NCBI GenBank assembly: GCA_015680685.1
Contig: MNCI01000805.1
Coordinates: 14,573-78,572 of the forward strand
Length of the DNA stretch: 64,000 bases
Origin: Gnetum montanum
Lineage: Eukaryota; Plantae; Gnetophyta
Reading direction: 5' to 3'
Below the pieces are notes generated by a model, which searched no databases, was not told the origin of the DNA, and saw only the letters and a program-made list of their open reading frames with translations. Shown here one piece after another: positions 11,847 to 22,424 of this stretch (positions within the stretch are counted from its first letter, which is position 1; every line of letters starts with the position of its first letter). The translations under genes were made by a program, and so were the position numbers.

Positions 11847-13489
11847 TCCATTGGCCATAAACTTTAAAATGCCTCAGTTTGCCCTAGGCAATAGTGTTTC
11901 AACCAGAACACCGACAGTCTTTGCCAACATGTGTGATCATACTATCACACTAAAGTGGTGAAGGAGGAACTCTAGGAATTCCTACACACCTTCCTAAAAC
12001 CGAAACTCCTAGTCCCTTCCTCATGTGTGGGGAGGGGAAACATTGATCATAGGGACACTTAGGTAGCACAGAACCCTTACCATCTCGATCATGATCAGGA
12101 TGGGTTTTAACATGATCCTACATAGTACAGCACAAAGCATTAGTTCATAGTGTTCAAGTGATGATTACTATATAGTGTAGTAGCCCCTTTTATACAAATT
12201 TTTCTAAGTATGAAATAGTACACCCCTAGTACGGTGAGACAAACTCAAATTTTTGTCAAGTATTAGTTTCATTTTCATGACTTGTCTCATATAGCATAGT
12301 AGTCGTGTTACATGCAGCATAGTAGCGTAGCGTGTGACACACCATAGTAGGTACATCCTACATAGCATAGTAGCCATGTCATGCGCAATGTAGCAACATA
12401 ACAACTACACTTGATGCGATGTGACAAATGTAGCAATATAGTAGGTACGGTAGCATAGTAGGGTAACAAGTATAACAACGTAGCAGGTATGACAACATAG
12501 CAAGAATAGCAGTGTAGAAAGTATGGTAGCATGGTAGCATGATAGCATAGCGTAATAGGCACCGAAAACGTAACATAGCCTATCAGTCACACTGACAAAA
12601 GTAACATAGCCTGAAAAGAAACACACCACATTTTGTAGCCCTAGCCCTATCCCATTTCATAGAATTTAACAAAAGTAAATCAAAACCTTCTCCACACATG
12701 CTATGCCACCTAGGATGCATGTTACACTACCAAGAATGTGTGCTACACCACACAGAACCTTCCAAACCCTTGAAATGGTGCATCTCCCACTTCCAACAAT
12801 GGTGACCAGGGTAGCGCTGCATACCAATATTAGCATAGCGATTGCCATAATAGCTATGGACAAACTGACAACAACCACAACATAGAGGCTAAAGCAGCAA
12901 CGGTCGAGTCCATAACAACAACAGTTACAGCATAGCAAATGTAATAATTAGAGCGACCGAGGGGCGGTAACTATGACAACAACCCTACTAAATAAATCAA
13001 ACAATGTAAGCAAAGGTAGCATAGCAACTTACTAGGTAGACGATGCTTCCTGTCATTCCTAAATGCGTGCCCTCAGGAGATATCACAAGGTGCATTCCCC
13101 TTTGTCCACATTGGTGATACCTTGATGCCTATGTTCACTCCTACATGCCATTGTCTCATTGTCAAACTCAAGTGTATCGATTGCTACACTGCAACTACTA
13201 TGCTGCCTCTTTGTTTGAACCGTTCTATGCTCTGGGTGTTAGATCTCATAGTTAAAATGATAAGATTACCATGTGTAATCCCCTATTTATAGCTTACAGG
13301 GTTACAACACCTGTTACTTTCCAAGGCATTCCATGTCCTACGCATAACATGGGATGTCCTGCATCCCACGTGTAATGTGGAATGCCCTTGTCCCCTACAA
13401 CATAGCATGGGACACCCCATGTCTATTGTAGCATAGCACACAGTTGCAGTGTAGCACCTAAATACACCAAAAGTTTCACCTCATTTCTA

Positions 13490-13870
13490 TAATGTTGCAT
13501 AGTTACGGCTGCTACGACCTTAAACTGGCAATTTTGACTTATAATGTTGCATGGTTGTGGTTTGCTAAGACCTTAAACTAGAAATTTTGACATATAACTT
13601 TGCATGGTTGTAGTTTGCTACAACCTTAAACTAGCAATTTTGACTTACAATGTTGCACAGTGGTAGTCTGCTAGGACCTTAAACTAGTAGTTTTTGGCAT
13701 ATAATGTTGCATGGTTATGGTCCACTATGACCTTAAACTGGTAATTTTAAAACTCCCTCTATATTCTAGTCATAGTGACAATCTGCTATGACCTTAAACT
13801 GGAAATTTTGACATATGATTTTGCATGGTAGTAGTCTGCTAAGACCTTAAACTGGAAAATTTTTGACATT
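13490..13870. repeat. ~52-bp tandem array (ataatgttgcatggtt..gctaagaccttaaactggcaattttgac)
   Basis: About 7 copies immediately upstream of the pol splice-acceptor-like site. Confidence 0.85.
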
Positions 13871-13970
13871 ACATAATTACCTTACATATATTTCATTCCA
13901 TGTTGCTATGTTAAGTAGGTATCACTTGACTTTATTTTTTTTTCTTATTATTGTAGGATTGCTTAAAAAA

Positions 13971-16900
13971 ATGGCTACGTATGATGATCTCCATTTGTCC
14001 TTAATTCTGACAAGACCCCATGGTATGTTTATGAGATGCTTGAACGTAGAGTTGGTAGACTTTGAACGACCCTCTTATGACAACTACATAGCATCCTTAG
14101 AAACACCCCTAGATTGGCCCAAAAATCTAGTCCATGCATTAGATCTAGAAGCCAGTGATGTAACTAAGGGCCCCCTTATTGAAATCCTCATTACTACATC
14201 TAAAGGAGAGGCAAGAACATTAAAAGTTAGCTCTTTGCTAGAGTCATAGGTTCAACAAAACATTTCCAAAGTCCTGAATGATAATGCTAAAGTGTTTTCA
14301 TGGTCATATGAAGACATGCCAAGCTTAGACCCACACATCATATAGCACAATATCATGCTAGATTCACGTGTGAATGTGGTCAAATAAAAAGCTCGCAAGA
14401 TCAAACTAGAGATTACATTAGCTGTGCGTGGCAAAATCACTAAGCTTTACTAGGCTTGGTTTATTCAGGAGGTCGATTATTTGGAAGGGGTATCAAACAT
14501 TGTAGTTTTTTTCAAGAAAATTGAGGGTATATGAATCTGTATAGACTTCCAGGATTTGAATAAGCCAATGATTAAAGATGATTTTCCATTGCCTAGCATC
14601 GACCAACTCATCGATACTACAGTAGGTCATGCCTTACTATCCTTCATGGATGGATTCTTAGGCTACAATCAAATTCACATAAATCCAGAACATCAACTAG
14701 CCACCACCTTCATGATCCCTTGGGGAACCTTCTGCTACACGATGATGCCCTTCAGGCTAAAAAATGCAAGAGTGATGTACCAGCAAGTGATGACCTACAT
14801 CTTTAGTGATTATCTTTTAGAGAAGCTAAATGATTACGTGGATGATATAGTTGTTAAATTTGAGAAAGCTACTAATCATGAAAATGACCTAAACTTGGTC
14901 CTTCAATGTTTTCATAGGCATGAACTTCGCCTCAATCCAAGAAAATGTGTTTTCAGAGTCAAAACTAGACGCATGCTAGGCTTTTTGGTGTCAGAAATGG
15001 GGATACGTGTAGACCCTGATAAAGTTAAAGCCATTGTTAACTTGGCACCACCTACAAACCTTAAGGAGTTACATAGGCTATAGGGTAGGGTACAATTCAT
15101 AAGAATATTTATCGCAATATTGAATAATAAGTTGCATCTACTTCAGGCTATTACAACCAATATATACAAGAGTAGTAGGATAGCCTAATGGAAAGCCGTA
15201 ACTATGGAATTCGATTTACACTATGTAGCACAGTCATCTATAAAGGGTCAATTAATAGCTATGCAACTTATGGCTACACATACCAATTACCAAGCAGTGA
15301 TATAGCTTGAGTTTCTAGATAAGCACATTAGTAGCATACTCCTAGTACCCAAAGACTTTGAAGCCATCCTACACTTTGATGGTGCCTCAACTATGCAAGG
15401 TGGTAGTGCTGCTGCCGTTGTCACATTTCCCTCTGGGGAGATCCAACCTTTTGCATATCACTTTACATTTCTTTGCATGAACAATGTATTAGAATACGAA
15501 TGTCTCCTTACGAGTATTCTAGCAACTCAAGAGGCAAGAATCCAAAACTTAGTAATCAAAGGTGACTCGCTATTAGTCATTAATCAAATTACAAAGGTAT
15601 TTGCTTACAAGCACAACATTTATAGCCTTATTTTGATTTAGCCAAATATTTTCTAAAGTAATTTGCAACCTCTAATGTCCAATATGTACCCCGCAATGAA
15701 AATACTATAGCCAATGCGTTAGCCACGTTGGCCTTGAGTGTGCCACCATACATGTTTGCCACCTTACCTACTGCAATAGTGAAATGCACTGATCCCATCA
15801 TCCACACAACACACATTGTGTCTATAAGTGTAGTACATACTCAAGAATGGTATGATGACATTAAAACATACCTCAAACATGGTGAACACCCACACAACCT
15901 GACACCTGCCCAAAGGGATGCAATACGAAAGTGAGCACAACAATATGTCCTTGTACGAGACAACACTCTATGAAAATGCTCTTATGATGGGATATTACTA
16001 GTTTTCATTAATGGTGATGAAGCATAAAAAATTGTTGATGAAGTCCATAATGGTTTGTGTGAAGGGCACATAGCTCCCAGGGCTATGGCAGCAAAAATTA
16101 GACATCTAGTCTACTATTGGCCTTACATGGAACACAACTGCGTCGCTAAGGTAAGGACATGCGATGTATCTCAATGTCATGGGAACCTCATACATGTGTC
16201 ACCTACCAAACTTCATACCACATAGATCACATGGCATTTACAATGATGGGGACTAGACATCACAGGACCCATTACACCTAAGTCTTCTGTAGGAAATAGT
16301 TTTAGTATTACTACAACTGAGTACTTTACAAAATGGGTAGAAGCTATTCCTCTTAGAAATACCACATCTCAATAGGTTTGCAAGTTCATGCTAGATAACA
16401 TAGTTACATTTTTTAGCCTTCCCATGACTATTGTTATCGACAACGGGTCATAATTCAGTAGCACAAAAACCGAAGCCTTTTGCAAAAGTCTTGGTATCAA
16501 ACATTCTTTCTCATTGCCATATTACCCCTAGGAAAATGGCCAAGTAGATGCTATAAATAAAGTCATCATCAACCTTTTGAAAAAAATTCTTAGCAATAGC
16601 AAGAGGCGATGGCATGAGCAAAACCTTTACGTGCTTTGGGCTTATCGCACAACATGAAAAACAACTATAGGTAAGACCCCGTATAGCCTTGTATATGGAT
16701 TTGATGTAGTGTTATCTCTTGCATTGTAGGTCCTATCACTTCAAATGACCCTTTCAAATTTCATAGATGAGGCTCAAAATAACAAGTTAAGGATCATTAA
16801 CCTTGACTCTATAGAGGAGGAATGCACCCAAACATTTAACCACATCGAGTGGTACGAGGACAAGCAACGTTAGAAACATCATTGAAATTTGCACCAACGA

Positions 16901-17089
16901 CCAATCAAAAAGGGGGACTTAGTCCTCAAGGCTATTTGTGAACCCATGAGAAAATTCTCAGCCAACCGAGAAGGCCCCTTTATAGTTACAAAAGCATATG
17001 AGAATTGGGCATTCAAGCTGGATGACATAGATGACAAAAAATTTCCAAATCCTGTCAATCATTTGTACCTGAAGCCCTACTACACCTAA
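13971..17089 (+). pseudogene. pol: Element A pol: RT, partly deleted RH, archaeal-type RNase H (aRH), integrase
   Basis: VFSWSYEDMPSLDP; KDDFPLPSIDQLIDTTVGHALLSFMDGFLGYNQI..YVDD (RT); FDGAS..NNVLEYE..IKGDSLLVINQ (aRH); H..GH..C..C zinc finger, WGLDITGP, FTKWVEA, EGPFIV..NHLYLKPYY* (INT). Many premature stops. Confidence 0.92.
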
Positions 17090-17129
17090 CATGCAAGATT
17101 ACACTGAACATAAAGCAAGGTAAGTAGAT

Positions 17130-17505
17130 AGTCTTCTATGACTATAAATTGGCATAGATAGTCTGCTATGACTATAAACTAGCATAGATCATCTTCTAGA
17201 ATGTAAAATTGGCATAGAACATCCACTATGACATTAAACTGGCATAACATGTCTTTGGGCCATGACATAAAATTGGCACCCACAGATTGTCCTTGGGCCA
17301 TGAAATAAAACTAGCACCCACAGATGGTCTTCTATGACCTTAAACTAGCTATCCCCCATCCACTATGATGTTAAACTAGCACAACAATCTGTTGGGACCT
17401 TAAACTAGCACATCAATCTGCTAGGACCTTAAAATTGCACATCACAGTCTGCTGGGACCTTAAACTAGCACATTCAATGGTCTACTAGGACTTGAAACTA
17501 GGTTC
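17130..17505. repeat. Tandem array after integrase with core (T/G)GACCTTAAACTAGCA
   Basis: About 11 units of 30-40 nt in the 3' non-coding region, where Tat/Ogre elements commonly carry tandem repeats. Confidence 0.85.
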
Positions 17506-18931
17506 ACAAGGAAATATCTTTGATCCAACACATGTAACCTTGTGAACAAGTGAGTGTGCATATCTTCGAGCTTCCTAGGCAAGATGGGGTGGGATGTTGT
17601 AGTTCCAAAATGAAGTTCACATTGCCAAGGAAAAACCCTCTAGGACACATGTAGTGTTTCCATCCTTTGCATCTTGTTGATCTTCTAGATATGCCATGTG
17701 GCATCTTGCTAACCTTCCAAAGCTATTGCTTCCATTGCTAATTAGTTTGGTCATAGCTCCCATCATCAGCAATCTTTGCTGAAGTCCTAAAAGAACTATG
17801 ATGCAGCCACAGTCTTGGCATCCTCCATTGCCAAAGTCTAAAAAAGCATTCAATTGTTAGGATTCCCACCTTGTAGTTGATTTTCATGACTCTTGCCTTT
17901 GACGAGGATTCTTGAGCACCTACATCATCATCGCTTCTAGCCTCTTCAGTGCTCATTCCTAGTAGGGTTGTTGAAGCTTTCCATCCTATTGTTGCCAAAG
18001 CTGGCATTGGCCTTTCTTCTTTGGACATTGCATGCATCAGACACAACACTTTCCACCCTAGTAGTGTCTTGAGAAAATAGGACTTTGCCCTCACTACCCT
18101 TGATGGTTATTTTTTCTGGTTTTGTCTCTATTGTGTTTGCATGATAAAGCCAAGATGGCATTGTTCAAGAATGCATTCCACCATGAGAACAAGACACTAC
18201 ATTATTCCGAAGTACCCATTTCAATCAGCCTAGCTACTTGAGAGTGCATATCCTATTCTCCTTTCAGCCAACTTAATCTCTATTCCTTATCCCTATAATT
18301 TCTGACTTCTTCTTCGCAAGCTTCTCCAATGCACATAAAGCCCTTTCCCATGCCCAACTACCAAGCCCATGATGGACGTAATGCACCTCATCCCATGGGG
18401 AGCCTCTATAGATTGGTCAAAGCCCCACATGGATGTAACACAAACTCATCCCAGGTAGGAAACACCTATTCTACAATGATAACATGGTTTCCCTCGAATG
18501 GATATGGGTATGCAATTTCTCAAAAAATATGAAAAAATGGTGATATAGCCAAGTGCCCAAAACAAATGGCATAGTTGCTTTGCAATTATCTTAGCTTTGG
18601 ATAGACCACCTCTAAGCACTCCAATGAGAGGTCAAAATCCAAAGAAAGAAAGACACTCATCTATGCTAAATTTCTCATAAGCATTTTGACGATAGATCAC
18701 ACTATGACAATGGCTCTCATGACAACGCATCCTACACCTTTCCTTTTCCCTAGCCTGATTTCCTCAAACCCATCCCCTTTCTCTATCATACTTAGTTTTT
18801 CTAGCACTCCCAAGCATAGCAAAGAATTATCTAAGTGGGCATTGGAAAATGGTGTGGGTGTTGCGTTCAGCATGATGTTTCATTTTCTTTGTCGATGTCT
18901 CTTGGGTAGATCCTCTAGACATCAATAAATT

Positions 18932-21277
18932 TGAAACATAATTAATTTTGGGACCCTCATGATTCAACATAGTCTCAAAATTTTGGCAAGGATCTCTGCA
19001 AGCGTGGTGTCATGTTGGACCATGTGGACAACATGGCACCTTGGAAGTCCCAACACTTGTGAAGCTGCTTCTTAGCTTACCTACCACCCTTTGTAGCATA
19101 GTCAACATAGCACCCAGTCATGAGGTCAATTTGCACAAAAATGGCATTGAGGATGGACCATATAGTTCAATAAATTTTCTATCTCCTAGACCATCAAGCT
19201 TGTTGCACTCTCTAGTCTACTTAGCTTGACAAATGTCCTGACCAATGGTCCACCCAAGTGCTAAGCTAGGAGCTGTCAAAGGTGTTTAGGATGGACTAAA
19301 TAGTTCAAAAAATTTTCTAACTATTAGGCTTGCTACACTACAGTACGCTACATAGCATAGCAGGTCATCTGGTGTCAAAATTGTTGCAAGTGTTAGATCA
19401 GATGTAGAAAATGTATTTAGTAGATATTCAATCCTCAAGGATGCCCACCTTGCTTCATCCTTGGAATATGATCAGCATAGCATGAAAAAAATATGGCAAA
19501 TGTCACAAAATTTATCCCAAATTGGATGCTACATTGTGCTACACTGCACAACGTAGCATAGTGTAGTAGGGTGCATAAGCTTCCCTAAAATTAGGAAAAT
19601 AGAGAAAATGTATTTGACCATTCTTCGATCTTTAAGGATGCTTGCATTACTCTACTATTGAAGTTTCATCAATGTAACATAGGAAAATTTTACAAAAGCC
19701 ACCCCAATCTGAGTCCTACCTTGTGCTACACTGCACAGCGTAGTGGGATGCTAGCACTAAGAAAGTCATTTCTCACATTGCATTTAGTCATGCTTCAACC
19801 TCCAGAACTTCCTATCCCACTATGCCTTTAGAGTCTAATCAAAGTCTCTTCACAAAGCATTGCAATTTAAGCTCAAATTTGTGTCAAACTGGGTGCTACG
19901 ATGCACAATGTAGCATAGTGTAGCAGAGACATCAAGGTTAATGGTGCCCTAGGGATGAAACTAGGAGGTCTCAGGCTCCTATAACATGGAAAGTGTAGTG
20001 GTTGATCACTGGAGTATCTTACCTTTCTAGGCCTTGGAGGGTTATTTTTGATTTTCGAGCAAGATTTTCCTCAAAGGTGGTTTCTATGTTGTGCTACACT
20101 AAGCAGCGTAGCATAGTGTAGCAAGCAAGTATTCACACTACTCCACTATGCTAAGCAGCATAAGTAGCATAACAACTGAATAGAAGCCATTGGACATCTC
20201 TGGATGCTCCAAGACTTGTCATCGATGGTCATCTCTACCCCAGCATCTTATTGATAGTCGAGATCAATAGTTTTGCTTACTTGTTACATCCCTTGTCAAG
20301 TCCCAAAATTGTCTCTACACTTGACCCTACTCGTGAGAGGGGGGAAGACATAGTCCCAAAGCGTAAGTTTCATTTTACACTTGTCATTATCATTTTTTGT
20401 AAAAATATAGCAGTCCCTTGGGTACATGCAGTCTGACCGATATGGTCACAGCTTAGTAGGTTCCACTTCCAACATCATTCCATTCATCGTAGCACATCAG
20501 CGTAGCACCACACTTTGAGCATGGCATGCCAATGTGACACCTCCATGTTCAAGTTATGTGCGACCTAGGATATGTGGTGTCTAAGCCATGTCTTCCTCCC
20601 ACTCTTAAATCTATAAATACCCCAAAAAACAACATTCAAAGGATTGGATTTTGGTAGTTGGCTTTTTGGTAGCAAGCTTTGGTACAGAGATTGATGATTA
20701 GAAGGGTGGTAAATAGGAAATCCTAGCAATAGCACTTTCCGAATCTCTCCTCAACCCAGCATAGCAGCTCTTAGCCTAATGAGTATTGGCTCATTAGTTC
20801 CTGTCAACACACCATTGGTAGAAGTCCAGGAGCTGTGACCATATCATTCCATTGTCGATTATACCTATCCAATACTACACACTAGTTGTACACATTTGTC
20901 AGCCAAACAAAGATCAGATCCTCCAATTTTGGGGTGGTGCATTCCTTCACTTAAACTCTCATTCCATTTTTTGCTCTAACGTGAATGTTGCATCTTTGTG
21001 TACTTGTTCATGCTTATTGTCCTAGTTACATATTTTGATGTGTTTCTATTGTTTTGCACCTCATGTTTTCTTCCATTTCAACCTTAGCATGTTACATTTT
21101 AAAATTACCATTTGCATACAGTTATTGTACATCACATAAGCCCCTGTCTGATCAACTAGACTGTTCAGGGCACCCTGCTTCCATTTTCTCTAGCATGGCC
21201 CTCACACGGATCCAGGGTTAGGTTGTATGCTTGATAACCTCTCAGTGTTCCAACCACTGACATTTTCAAACGTCATA
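18932..21277 (+). repeat. Element A 3' LTR
   Basis: Homologous to 1687-4050; ends GTCATA (C>T relative to GTCACA) followed by TSD ATTAC. Confidence 0.92.
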
Positions 21278-22424
21278 ATTACCATATCTAATCAAAGAAT
21301 TTGAAACCTATTTATAATGAATAATAAAATCATTAGTAACTACCTGCTCTTGATCTAGTTATAGTCTATTCATTGTGTTACTATGCTCTTTCTTTTCCTT
21401 TACCAACTCTTTCTATGCTTTAGATTTCTACAATTCTATGTTAGCCAATTCCATTTGTATTTTTCCTAGGTCTTACTTTAAGATAGAGTTCTTTTATTTC
21501 AAAATTTGATTGTTGTAATCCAACTTCATATTTTTCACCATTAATTCCTAAACTTTTCTAAGAAGTTTGGGATCTAGACTTAAATGTTGTTGTAAGCCTA
21601 GCCTAATTAAGGATTTGAAGCTCTTTGGCTTAAGCCTACTCTAGATCCAATGTCTTAGATACCTCATTCTAATACTTATTGAATGCTATGACTTAATTTT
21701 ATTTATTTCCATATGCTTGCAAATATGTATTCAAAGCATTTATGTTGTTGTATATCCAAAACTTTGTCTTTGAAAAATTAATCCATGATAGTTTAATTTA
21801 GAATTATTAAATCAAATAGAAAAACATTACTCATTGCTATGGAATACTACTTAATTAGCCAATTAATATCTTTAGACAATTTGGACTTCATAGTGGACGA
21901 GAAGTTTTCTTCTATGCCTTTAATATCATTCCAACTACTACATTATATTCAATTTCTTAATCAAAATTTTCTTCATAGTGGTCTTGAAGTAGGCTATTGT
22001 TAACTCATAATGAATAACTTTATTCTTAAATTAATAGTGGTCAAGTATCAAGTTTATCATGAATATTTATAGATAATCAAAGAAGGTACAAACCATCCCT
22101 TAGCCTAAAATTCCTTTGATTACTTAATTGATGGAATCTTTATTTTTACATGATGATCCTCCAAAAATTATTCAATAAATAATTTGAATGTCATTTGTTT
22201 ATACTTATTGTTCATCACTATTTTGACATCTTTCAATCTTGATTTCTTAAAGACTCTAACAAAAGTAGGAAGCAAATTATCATAAAAGAAATGAGGCTAG
22301 AATGTATAGTAAAAACTAAGTACATCATTTACGAGATCCTTCTTTAAAACTAACAACCAGTGTATTGGGCTAGCTTCATTCACTGCAAAGTAGAATAAAT
22401 TTAGTAGTAGCCAAATAATGGAAT

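Larger units (their letters stand above)
1687..21277 (+). mobile_element. Element A: full-length degenerate Ty3/gypsy Tat-superclade (Ogre/Retand-like) LTR retrotransposon
   Basis: Two ~2.35 kb direct repeats starting TGAAACA and ending GTCACA/GTCATA. Perfect 5-bp TSD ATTAC (1682-1686 and 21278-21282). PBS after the 5' LTR. Domain order gag-PROT ... RT-(RH)-aRH-INT. Confidence 0.93.

Noticed and set aside
12204-12938. Cys/Tyr-rich small ORFs resembling defensins or metallothioneins
   Set aside because: They arise in all three frames from TGCTA(C/T) repeat DNA and have no defined cysteine spacing.
13490-17505. Repeat arrays as CRISPR-like repeat-spacer loci
   Set aside because: Eukaryotic retroelement context, no cas genes, degenerate repeats, and the inter-repeat sequences are related to each other rather than unique.
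21283-22424. AT-rich background (also 504-1686 and 25464-26900) as an older element or gene
   Set aside because: Too degenerate; I could not support any domain, terminus or exon structure.
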